A stretch of 40,844 nt of DNA from a virus (lineage: Duplodnaviria > Caudoviricetes), in the IMG/VR virus record IMGVR_UViG_3300037485_001686, positions 1 through 40,844 of that record. One strand, written 5' to 3'. The notes under the pieces were generated by a model that was not told where the DNA came from, searched no databases, and worked only from the letters and a program-made list of their open reading frames with translations. The translations under genes were made by a program, and so were the position numbers. Each line of letters begins with the position of its first letter. Position 1 is the first letter of the stretch. This document shows, in pieces, positions 1 to 7,990 of the stretch.

Positions 1-127
1 TTCACCGTGTCGCTGCCAGACTCCTTGATCCGAATGCTGTCCGGGAAGCCGGGCACGAAGGCGACGCACGGGTATCGGTCCAGCTTGGCGGTCGACGCGT
101 TTCCGCGGCCGACCGAATCAACAAGGA
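1..127. repeat. Direct terminal repeat (circular overlap), copy 1
   Basis: 1-127 is identical to 40718-40844; 127 nt is a typical assembler k-mer overlap. Confidence 0.97.
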
Positions 128-509
128 CGTAGACCGTGCTCGGGCTCAGGACGCCGTCCTGCGCGGTCGCGCTGCCGTAGAATGCCAGGAACGAAAACGG
201 CTGCCGGCTGAAGAGCTTGACCGTTTTCACGCGGCGCGTTTCGGTCATCGCGTTTCCGCTCCGGTCGCTTCCGACGGCGACCAGCGTCGGCTTGATCCAG
301 TCGGCCTTCTGCGCGGTGAACAGGGCGGCGTTCACGTTCGGCGTCGCCTTGGTAAACCACAGCGTGTCGGCGCCGACCGTCACGAACGGTCCGATGCGCA
401 CGACCGTGCATCCGGGGATCTCCGGCGTCAGCGGGTTGATCTGCGCGATGGCCGGCAGCGCCGTGAAGATTGCCAGGGCGGCCAGCAGGAGGATCGTCAG
501 TCTTTTCAT
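1..509 (-). CDS. Signal-peptide-bearing hypothetical protein (175 aa) directly after the capsid gene; spans the circular junction and ends at 40699
   Basis: ATG at 509 reads MKRLTILLLAALAIFTALPAIA-QINPLTPEIPG..., stays open through base 1 and continues 40717->40699 (...SGSDTVKTALGY*). Missed by the ORF track because it is split. Confidence 0.85.
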   Translation of the reverse strand, partial: MKRLTILLLAALAIFTALPAIAQINPLTPEIPGCTVVRIGPFVTVGADTLWFTKATPNVNAALFTAQKADWIKPTLVAVGSDRSGNAMTETRRVKTVKLFSRQPFSFLAFYGSATAQDGVLSPSTVYVLVDSVGRGNASTAKLDRYPCVAFVPGFPDSIRIKESGSDTV

Positions 510-538
510 CTCGTGACCTCGTTTCAGTCTTGGGGAAT

Positions 539-562
539 GGGCCGGCCGTGGTCGGCCGGCCC
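539..562 (-). terminator. GC hairpin after the major capsid gene (putative weak terminator or stabiliser)
   Basis: gggccggccg-tggt-cggccggccc, perfect 10-bp stem; only a weak U-tract follows (attccc). Confidence 0.5.
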
Positions 563-580
563 TCGGTCTGCTGGCTCTCG

Positions 581-2764
581 CTACGGAACGATGGACCCGA
601 ACAGGTTCCGGTACTCGATCGGCGCGCCGCCGTAGATGTGCCGGATCTTGTAGGTGATCTGGTCGTTCGAGAACATCGAGCCGTTGGTCGGCTGGTCCTG
701 GATGAAGATGTCGGGTTCCTCGTTGCCGCCCAGGAAACCGATCTCCAGGATCGGGCAGGCATCCTTGTCGCCCGCAATGAACCAGTTGTCGGTGTCGCTC
801 GTGTCGTGCGGGAACACCATCGGCTCGAGCCCGATCTTGCGCAGGAAGTTGGGCCGGGTCGCGGAATCCTGCACGCCGCCAGCGGCAGCGGCCGTCAGCA
901 GGACGGGCTGGCCGGTCGCGTAGCAGAGCTCGAAGGCCTGCTGCTCGAGGTCGGCCGGCACCATCAGGAACTTCGCCTCGAGGCCGAGGCGCTCGCTGCT
1001 GTTGGCTTCCGTCTGCTTGCGCATCGCCAGGCGGCCAGCGGTCACGGCGTCCATCGACAGGGCGCTCGTGCCGAGGTTCGCGTGCGATCCGTGGAAGAGC
1101 GCCACGCCGTCGGCGGTGTAGTTGGGGTTCGCGGTGATCAGGCCGAATGCGAAGGCGTTCAGCGTGCGCAGGGCGGCGCCGGTCATGAGCCGCGGGAACC
1201 GCTGCAGCATGGCCACGTCGTCATTCACGATCATCTCCAGGGTGAGGATCTGGACCGCGCCGCGCTTTTGCGCCTTGTAGTACGGGCTGTAGTCGTCCGG
1301 CGTCGCCGTGAAATTCTGGTAGGCGCCGGTTTCGTTCACCACGGCCAGGTCGCCGAAGCCGCCGATCTGCGGGCGGAAGTTGTACCGGAAATCGTTCACC
1401 GGCACGACGTCCGCGATCATGCGCCAGGGCTGCAGCGCCGTCTGCTTGCGGAAGTCCGCCTGCAGCTTGCGGCGGATCGAATCGCCCAGGGCGCCGCCGA
1501 ACATCAGCGCCTGGCCGGTCGTGATCGCCGTCTGGAAGTCGCTGGTCTGGAGGGCGGCCTCCGCCAGGCGGGTGCAGTTGCGCAGCTCGCCGGTCACGTG
1601 CTGGTCACCGGTGAAGTCGATGTAGGCCTCGCGCAGGGAGCGGTAGGCCGGCATCGTGTCGCCCTGCGACTCCGAGAGCTTGACCACGCGCTCGTTCGCC
1701 ACCAGGCCGTCCAGCGCCGCCTGGAACTTGTCCCGCTGGTCGCGCGTGACGGTGACGCCGGTCCCGGAAGACCCAGGGCCCTTCCAGCCCTGGCTCGTGC
1801 CGAGGTACTGGGCCTCCGCCGTGATGATGGCCTTGATCTCATCGCGGGTGGCCGGCTTGGCGGTGGCGCCGACCTTGTCCCGGACGCGGTCCAGGGCGGC
1901 GGCCGGCAGGCCGCTGCCATCAAACATCGCCTCCGCCAGGCGGACCGACTTGTCGCGCGCGATCTCGTTCGCGGCGTCGGCGGCCATCTGCGTGATGGAT
2001 GTCTTGAACCCGTTCATCGCCTCCTGCAGCTGCAGGACGACCTGGCTCGCGCCCTGGTCGCCCGCCTCGGCGGCCGGCTTGCGCGCGCTGTCGGCGGTGA
2101 TCGCCTCGACGATCGCCAGCAGGTCCGCGTCGGTGACGGCGTCCTTGTCGATGGCCTTGAACCGATCGGGCGCGATCGCCTCGATCAATTTCAGCAGCTT
2201 TTCCTTGTCCATGATCCAGCTCCCTCCGTCGTCTACCGATTCTGCGAGACTGACGATCTCGCCGCCAGCGGACGGGTTGATCACCACGTCCACGAAATTG
2301 ACCTTGCGGATCTTGGTCACGCGCGCGCCGCGGCGGCCTCCGCCGTGCGGCGTGCCGGAAGCCTCGGCGACGTGGGAGAGCCCCACGAGATCCTTCATGC
2401 CGTTCTTCCAACCGTCCCACATCATCGTTTTCAGCCAGGCCTGGGCCTCGCTGATGTGCATCGTCGCCTCGAGGCCGTCGGGCACGCGCTGCACGTCGCG
2501 CATCCAGCCGCCGATGTTCCGCGGGTTCTTGCCGCGGTCGGCGAGGTGCTCGTCGTCGCCTCGGACCAGGATCCGCGCGCCCTCGTAGAGCGGCGCCGCC
2601 TCATGCAAGACGGCGATCGGGTAGTCGTTCCCGTTCGCTGAAATGCCGGCCTTGATGAGCTTGACCCGGTACCGCGATGGCGCCGTGTCCTGGCTCTCGC
2701 CGTCCGCGCGCACCGCCTCGACCAGGGTGATCGTTTCGCAGGCCTTGAGGTTCCTGGGGTCCAT
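581..2764 (-). CDS. Prohead protease/scaffold-major capsid protein fusion (HK97 fold, Mu gpT-like C-terminal part)
   Basis: Start MDPRNLK with GGAGG RBS. N-terminal protease-like motifs (LIKAGISANGNDY, VGLSH, VDVVINPSAGG); C-terminal MCP motifs (NDDVAMLQRFP, DGVALFHGSHANL, FLMVPADLE, DQITYKIRHIYGG). Confidence 0.9.
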   Translation of the reverse strand: MDPRNLKACETITLVEAVRADGESQDTAPSRYRVKLIKAGISANGNDYPIAVLHEAAPLYEGARILVRGDDEHLADRGKNPRNIGGWMRDVQRVPDGLEATMHISEAQAWLKTMMWDGWKNGMKDLVGLSHVAEASGTPHGGGRRGARVTKIRKVNFVDVVINPSAGGEIVSLAESVDDGGSWIMDKEKLLKLIEAIAPDRFKAIDKDAVTDADLLAIVEAITADSARKPAAEAGDQGASQVVLQLQEAMNGFKTSITQMAADAANEIARDKSVRLAEAMFDGSGLPAAALDRVRDKVGATAKPATRDEIKAIITAEAQYLGTSQGWKGPGSSGTGVTVTRDQRDKFQAALDGLVANERVVKLSESQGDTMPAYRSLREAYIDFTGDQHVTGELRNCTRLAEAALQTSDFQTAITTGQALMFGGALGDSIRRKLQADFRKQTALQPWRMIADVVPVNDFRYNFRPQIGGFGDLAVVNETGAYQNFTATPDDYSPYYKAQKRGAVQILTLEMIVNDDVAMLQRFPRLMTGAALRTLNAFAFGLITANPNYTADGVALFHGSHANLGTSALSMDAVTAGRLAMRKQTEANSSERLGLEAKFLMVPADLEQQAFELCYATGQPVLLTAAAAGGVQDSATRPNFLRKIGLEPMVFPHDTSDTDNWFIAGDKDACPILEIGFLGGNEEPDIFIQDQPTNGSMFSNDQITYKIRHIYGGAPIEYRNLFGSIVP

Positions 2765-2780
2765 GTCGGTGGCCTCCGGT

Positions 2781-3236
2781 CTACTTCGCGTCCGGGAAGA
2801 ACCGCTCGTAGAGCTTGCGGTTCGGCAGCTGCCCGAAGGCGGCCTCGTACTTGTCCAGGGTGCAGCAGAAAATCTTGCGGCCGTGATTGGTGACCGCGAT
2901 CTGGACGCCATGCTTGGTGGCCTCCGCGATCACGGTTTCGCCGTCGGCCAGCCGCGGCTTGCCGCTCTTGCGGTCATAGTCGAAGGCCGGGCTGTTGGGC
3001 TTGGCCAGGTTCGGGTCGTGCAGGGTCGGGTGTTTCTTGGCGAAACGGGACGTGGTCATCACCTTCGGATCGACCGGCTCGTCGTCCTGGTCGTCCGGCG
3101 CCACCGGGTCGGCGCCTGCGCTGCCGATGGCCACGCTCTCGTCCTGGCCGGCCACCGCGGGCGCGCCGCTCGGCGCCTCGATGCCGGTGCCGCCGCCGCC
3201 GGTCTGCTCTCCTGCCTTGCTTGCCTTGTCCGCCAT
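2781..3236 (-). CDS. Hypothetical protein upstream of capsid gene
   Basis: Start MADKASK with GGAGG RBS; acidic low-complexity N-half; tightly spaced with the capsid gene. Confidence 0.75.
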   Translation of the reverse strand: MADKASKAGEQTGGGGTGIEAPSGAPAVAGQDESVAIGSAGADPVAPDDQDDEPVDPKVMTTSRFAKKHPTLHDPNLAKPNSPAFDYDRKSGKPRLADGETVIAEATKHGVQIAVTNHGRKIFCCTLDKYEAAFGQLPNRKLYERFFPDAK

Positions 3237-3328
3237 CTCTTCGCCTCCGGGGTTTGGTTTCAGCTGGCCGGCCCGGTGTGGTGTCGGGCCGGCCGGCTGT
3301 CGCTGATCGCCTGGGAGCGATCGCGGGA

Positions 3329-3356
3329 ATCGTAGCGGGCGAAAACGGGGCGTCAA
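3329..3356 (-). promoter_or_regulatory. Sigma70-like promoter for the capsid operon
   Basis: Minus strand TTGACG-16 nt-TACGAT, followed by a long GC hairpin (3261-3299) in the leader. Confidence 0.6.
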
Positions 3357-3443
3357 TGGAAATGTGGGGGATTTTGCGCAGGTGTTGGGGAAAAACGCGC
3401 AGTGTCGTCGGGCGGTGGCGGATCGGGAGGGCCCGCAACGGGT

Positions 3444-3471
3444 TGCCGGCTGCCGGCTGCCGGCTGCCGGC
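3444..3471. repeat. Tandem heptamer (TGCCGGC)x4 in a GC-rich intergenic region
   Basis: Read directly from sequence. Confidence 0.85.
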
Positions 3472-3623
3472 TGCGCGCCCTGGCTGCCGGCCTGGCGCCC
3501 GCGGGCGGGCGCGCCCTGCCGGCCGGCTGCGCGTCGGGCGCGTGGCGCCTGCGGGCCCTGGCCGGCTGCAGGGCTCCGCGGCCGGCCAGGGCGAGGATCA
3601 GGGAGATGGCGCCGCGGCTGGAA

Positions 3624-3986
3624 TCACTGGCGGGCCGGCTTACCGGGTGCAGCCGGTGCTCCGGCGTCCGGGACGAAAGGGTCCGAAACTTCGGACCATG
3701 ATCCCTGCCGCGTGCTCGCGTCCACGCCCGCGCATCGCACCAGAATGTTCACGCCGACCGGCGCCGCGATCGTGATCGAGAGGCCGGTCGTGGTCTGCGC
3801 CAGCGTGGTCCAGGCCGTTCCGTTGGCGCTGGTCTGCCAGACGTAATGGTGGACCGGGCTGCCGGTCAGCGGCGCCGTGGTCGTGTAGGTGACGTTGATC
3901 GTGGTGGTCTGTCCGCCAACCACCAGCGGAATCAAAAGCGCCGCGGCGAGGGCTGCGGCGATCAGGGTCCTCTGCGATCGGTTCAT
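3624..3986 (-). CDS. Secreted fibronectin type III-like small protein
   Basis: Sec-type signal (MNRSQRTLIAAALAAALLIPLVVGG) then FN3-like pattern (TAPLTGSPVHHYVWQTS, VRCAGVD, GSWSEVSDP, GAPAAPGKP). Confidence 0.75.
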   Translation of the reverse strand: MNRSQRTLIAAALAAALLIPLVVGGQTTTINVTYTTTAPLTGSPVHHYVWQTSANGTAWTTLAQTTTGLSITIAAPVGVNILVRCAGVDASTRQGSWSEVSDPFVPDAGAPAAPGKPARQ

Positions 3987-4201
3987 TCTGCGTTCTCCTT
4001 TGCCTTGAATTGGAGGCCGTTGTCGCCTGGGAACGGGTGGTCGTGGTCGAATTCATTCAGCAGGATCGCGTCCGGGATCACGTCCGGGAAGGCCTCGCAT
4101 CCTTCGGCGCCTGCGTACTTGCGGGCGCAACCTACGCACTGACTCACGGTCGGCCCGTCGCCGCCGAAGCTGAACCGCTCGCCCTCGTTTTTCTTGGCCA
4201 T
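3983..4201 (-). CDS. Small Cys/His metal-binding protein, candidate immunity partner of the MuF toxin
   Basis: CxxC...CEAFPDVIP...DHDHPFPGDNGLQF; starts 1 nt after the MuF-ART stop. Confidence 0.75.
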   Translation of the reverse strand: MAKKNEGERFSFGGDGPTVSQCVGCARKYAGAEGCEAFPDVIPDAILLNEFDHDHPFPGDNGLQFKAKENAE

Positions 4202-4202
4202 T

Positions 4203-6011
4203 CTACGCCTCGATTCTCACGTGGACAACGGTGCGCGGCTCGAATTGGCTTTCTCCGAAATATGAATCTTTCGTTTCCATCTGGACGCTGCGCTCGATCC
4301 TAATAACGCGCAGCTTGGTGCTCGGTGCCAGGATGAACTCGCGCTGATCCTGGTAGTCCTCATGGACGCCTGCCCACAGGCCTCTCGTTCCGGCCGGTGC
4401 CTCGATCCTGAAAACGACGCCGGATCCCGACCCGAACACGGAGGCCACCGCCTCGTTCAGGGACGTGGATGAGAATGCGGCGTCCCGAATCACGCCGCCG
4501 ACCAGTGAATCGGAAACGGTTTGCGCCACGAGCGTGGCATCCATGCCCGCGGCCACCTCCGCCGCGTTGGCCGGAATCGTGACGCCTGGCCATCCAGACT
4601 CCAGGCCTCGCCAAAGCACCACGCTGTCGTCCAGGGCAGGTGCGGCGTCCAGGGCCTGCATCATGCCGGCCTCGAATGTTTTGTAGTGCTCGGAAAATTC
4701 CTCGTCGGTCGCCACGATCCCGTCCCGGAATTTTTGGCGCCGCCGCATCCGGCGCGTCAGGCCCGACGAATCCTCCTGGTATTGATAAATGAACTCGTTT
4801 GCGCTCCCGCCGATCGCTTTTGTCTGCGCTGCCACGTGGTCCACGTAGAACCGTTCGCCCGTTGAACCGGCCTTTGTCGCAAACGTGGCCGGGTCCACCG
4901 CGTCGCGGGCGGCCTTCTTTGCCTTGGCCTTGGCGACGGGTTCGGCGACGGGCGCCTTTGGGATCGTGCTGCCGCCGGAGGTGTCCGCTTTCTTGACCGT
5001 CACCGGTCCGTCCGCGGCCGGCTTGGCCGCCTTGGCCTTGGCCGGTTTCTTTTCGGCCGCCGACTTGGCCGGCTTTGGCGCGCCCTCGGGCGTCGCCGCG
5101 GGCGCGCTGCTGCCGGACGGCGCCGCGGCGACCAGCGGATCCCCGGTCGCCTCGCTCTGCGTTGGGTTGTAATGGGCCACGACCTTGCATCGGCAATTGA
5201 TCACGTCGGCGGCCGGCAGGGCCGGGTCGTAGGGCCCGTCGATCCGGATCCCGCCGAGCTCGAATTTCTCGCCCTTGCCAGGGTAGATCACCTTGCCGTG
5301 CAGGGCGGCGTGGTCCGGCCTGGGGTCCGGTGAATAATAATGGACCCACTTCTTGCCGAAGCCGGTGTCTCGCTTGGCCAGGTCGTCCAGGCGCGCGGTG
5401 CTGGTCACGTTGGATACGCGGTTCATCTCGGTGCGGAAGATCGCCCGCGCGCGGACCTCTGCCCGCGGGATCACCTGGCCGGGTTTCATCTCGCCCTTGC
5501 CGAGGGGTCCGGTCAGGTTCCCGATCCGCTCGAGGACCTGCTGCCGGCTGGCGGCGCCGCCCAGGGCGAAACGCAGCAGCTCGCCTTGGACCTGCTGGTG
5601 AACCTGGGTGGTCACGTCGGCGATCATCGTCGGCGCCACCGACTTGATCAGGGCGATCTGCTCGGTCGGCAGGACCGGCCGGTACTGGGCCACGTTGACG
5701 CCGAAGGCGGTCAGCGGGTCGTCCACGGCCTGGATCGTGGCGCCGACCGCGGCGTCCATCGCCTGGTTGAAGGCCTGGCCCAGGTCGCGGTCCATCTGGT
5801 CGGCGGCGTCCCGCAGGCGGGCGATCGTCTGCTGCCGCTGCCGCACGCCCCAATCGGACGCCGGGTCGGCCAGGGTGGCGACGGCGGCGTCCCGGTATTT
5901 GATGATGGCAGCCCGGACGTCCGCGGCCATCTGCACGTCCGCGTCCGCCCAGGCTTTCATCGACTTCCGCAGGGCTGCGTTATATGCCGCCTCGCGCTCC
6001 TGGTCGGCCAT
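4203..6011 (-). CDS. MuF (SPP1 gp7-like) minor head protein with C-terminal ADP-ribosyltransferase toxin domain
   Basis: MuF motifs RTEMNRV, KKW...RPDHAALHG, PYDP...INCRC; Ala/Lys/Pro linker; ART R-S-E triad LWRG / FSSTS / QREFIL. Confidence 0.88.
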   Translation of the reverse strand: MADQEREAAYNAALRKSMKAWADADVQMAADVRAAIIKYRDAAVATLADPASDWGVRQRQQTIARLRDAADQMDRDLGQAFNQAMDAAVGATIQAVDDPLTAFGVNVAQYRPVLPTEQIALIKSVAPTMIADVTTQVHQQVQGELLRFALGGAASRQQVLERIGNLTGPLGKGEMKPGQVIPRAEVRARAIFRTEMNRVSNVTSTARLDDLAKRDTGFGKKWVHYYSPDPRPDHAALHGKVIYPGKGEKFELGGIRIDGPYDPALPAADVINCRCKVVAHYNPTQSEATGDPLVAAAPSGSSAPAATPEGAPKPAKSAAEKKPAKAKAAKPAADGPVTVKKADTSGGSTIPKAPVAEPVAKAKAKKAARDAVDPATFATKAGSTGERFYVDHVAAQTKAIGGSANEFIYQYQEDSSGLTRRMRRRQKFRDGIVATDEEFSEHYKTFEAGMMQALDAAPALDDSVVLWRGLESGWPGVTIPANAAEVAAGMDATLVAQTVSDSLVGGVIRDAAFSSTSLNEAVASVFGSGSGVVFRIEAPAGTRGLWAGVHEDYQDQREFILAPSTKLRVIRIERSVQMETKDSYFGESQFEPRTVVHVRIEA

Positions 6012-6015
6012 TGCG

Positions 6016-7554
6016 CTACTCCGGGCTGGTCGCGATGTCGCCGCTCATCGGGTTCGGCGCCGGTAGGTCCGGCTTGTCGGCCGCCTTCTTTTCGATGCCG
6101 GCCAGGGTCTTGCTCATGAGGGCGGACATCTCGGTTTCGCTTTGGGCCTTGTCGGCTGCGCGCGCTGCCTCGTCGGCCTCGATCTTGGTGGCCTCTTCCG
6201 CCGGGTCGACGGTGACGCCGGTCATGGAGGCCACGGCCGAAAACAGGGCGCGCCCGGTTTCGGTGCTGCAGAGCTGGTCGCTCATCGCCTGGCTGATGGC
6301 CTGGGTCATCGTCTGCATTGCGCTGCCGACCTTGGCCACGTCGGGCCCGCTGATGTCAGGCACGATCACGTCAAAAAGATCGCCCATCGGGTCCACGTCG
6401 ATGCCGGCCAGCATGCCGTTCGGGTTCGCGTGCGCGCGCACGATGGCGAAGCGGCAGATGTCGGTGATCAGGTACGTGAACTGCCGTGTTTTCCGCTTGA
6501 GCGCTTTCTTGGTCGGCTCGCTCATCTGCTCGGCGGTGGCCAGGCTCGTTTCGCCGCCGGTCCCGAACCAGTGCTCGGGGTAGCCGTGCCCGCCCATCAG
6601 GTGGCTCTTGACGTCCTTCAGGTGCCGGCTGGCCTCGTAGGCGCCGAGGTTCGGCTGCATTACGTTCCAGTGCACCTTGTCGTTGTGGACCTTCATCGTG
6701 CCCGGCTTTGGCGGGCCCTGGGCCCTGCGGAATTTCTTGATGTCTCCGTCGTCCGCGTCGTCCAGGGTCACGTCGAAGAAATGCGAGAGGGCCACCTTCG
6801 CTCGGTCGGCCTGCACTTTCATTGTCTCGTCGACGATCTCGAACCAGTCCGCTCCGGTGTAGAATTCGCTGATGCCGCGGCGCGCCGTCAGGACGTGATT
6901 GATCTGCGCAAAGAAGCAGTCGCCGACCAGGGTGCCGGCCTCGCGCGAGAACCGGATCACCTCGAGCTTCTGCTGGCCGACCTCTTTCGCCGCGCTGTCG
7001 GTCAGTTTGATGAAGGCCGGCCGTTGTGTCCTGGGGTCCGGCTCGATCTCGACGATCTGCGACGGGTCCACCCATCCGAGCTCGATGTCGCCGGTCAGCT
7101 CGTTCACCTTCACCGGCAGGATCGCCTCGCCCCAGAGATTCAGCTCGAGCAGGCGCTGCGGGTTCAGGCGGTCCATATCATTGATCGGGTCGTTCCAGAA
7201 CCGGTCGAGAACCTCTTGGATCAGGTCCTTGGTTTTGTCGTCGTCATGCTTTGCGACCACGCGCAGGCCGTCGCCCAGGACGAAATCGACGATGATCTCG
7301 AGCATGCGCTTGGCCATGTGATTGTTCCGGTAGAGGTGCAGGGCCACCTTTTGCATGCGCAGCTGGTCGTATCCCGGCAGGTCCTGGCGCGCGCCGTTCA
7401 GGCGCCGGTATCCGGTCGTGTCCTCTCCGAGCTCGTCGACCTCCGCCTCGCTCAGCGTGACCGGTCGTTCGCCGGCAGCGGTGATCTGCCACCCGCTGCG
7501 CATGGAGGCCACCGCCGCGGCGGCGCGCTCGATCAGGGTCATGTCCTTGCGCAT
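6016..7554 (-). CDS. Portal protein
   Basis: 512 aa, directly before MuF; motifs LYRNNHMAKRMLEIIVDFVLGDG, WGEAILPV, GYPEHWFG. Confidence 0.85.
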   Translation of the reverse strand: MRKDMTLIERAAAAVASMRSGWQITAAGERPVTLSEAEVDELGEDTTGYRRLNGARQDLPGYDQLRMQKVALHLYRNNHMAKRMLEIIVDFVLGDGLRVVAKHDDDKTKDLIQEVLDRFWNDPINDMDRLNPQRLLELNLWGEAILPVKVNELTGDIELGWVDPSQIVEIEPDPRTQRPAFIKLTDSAAKEVGQQKLEVIRFSREAGTLVGDCFFAQINHVLTARRGISEFYTGADWFEIVDETMKVQADRAKVALSHFFDVTLDDADDGDIKKFRRAQGPPKPGTMKVHNDKVHWNVMQPNLGAYEASRHLKDVKSHLMGGHGYPEHWFGTGGETSLATAEQMSEPTKKALKRKTRQFTYLITDICRFAIVRAHANPNGMLAGIDVDPMGDLFDVIVPDISGPDVAKVGSAMQTMTQAISQAMSDQLCSTETGRALFSAVASMTGVTVDPAEEATKIEADEAARAADKAQSETEMSALMSKTLAGIEKKAADKPDLPAPNPMSGDIATSPE

Positions 7555-7563
7555 GTCGTTCTC

Positions 7564-7974
7564 CTACGCGGCCGGGGTGTCCGGGGTGTCGGGCCCCAAT
7601 GCGCCCGATCCGTCAATCATCACCTTGGTCCAGATCACCGTTTCGGCGGTGACGTTCTTAAATCCTGGCGCGCTCGTCGTGCAGGTGTATTTGGCGATCA
7701 CCGTGATGCCGTCCGCGCAGGTTACGCCAGGCGGCGAGACCGGCGTCCCGGTGTAGGTGCCGGTCTTGGTCGTGCCGATTTGCGCTCCGCCTGCGGCGTT
7801 GTAGAACTTGATCGTGTAGGAGCAATTGGCCGCAAAAACGGCGTTAATCACGCCGATTTTCCCGAGGGTCATATTCGAGTAGGCCTCGGTCATGGCCGCG
7901 AACTGGTCCTCACCCGCGGCCACCGGCTGCCGCATCACCTCGGCGTTCGCTGCGCTGATCCCCATGCCGATCAT
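7564..7974 (-). CDS. Putative head-spike cargo protein 3 (unknown beta-rich, Thr-rich domain)
   Basis: True start MIGMGISAANAEV with GGAGG RBS; leader resembles those of the two upstream genes. Confidence 0.7.
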   Translation of the reverse strand: MIGMGISAANAEVMRQPVAAGEDQFAAMTEAYSNMTLGKIGVINAVFAANCSYTIKFYNAAGGAQIGTTKTGTYTGTPVSPPGVTCADGITVIAKYTCTTSAPGFKNVTAETVIWTKVMIDGSGALGPDTPDTPAA

Positions 7975-7990
7975 CTCAGGGCCTCCGTTG

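Noticed and set aside
470-2641. Long plus-strand ORFs (e.g. 470-2641, 18277-21105, 29210-31930)
   Set aside because: Antisense shadows of high-GC minus-strand genes, with no motifs or RBS
2765-2911. Extended N-termini given by the ORF track (capsid, MTase, RusA, phosphoesterase, hub and others)
   Set aside because: They overlap upstream genes; internal starts with good RBS or stop-start coupling fit better
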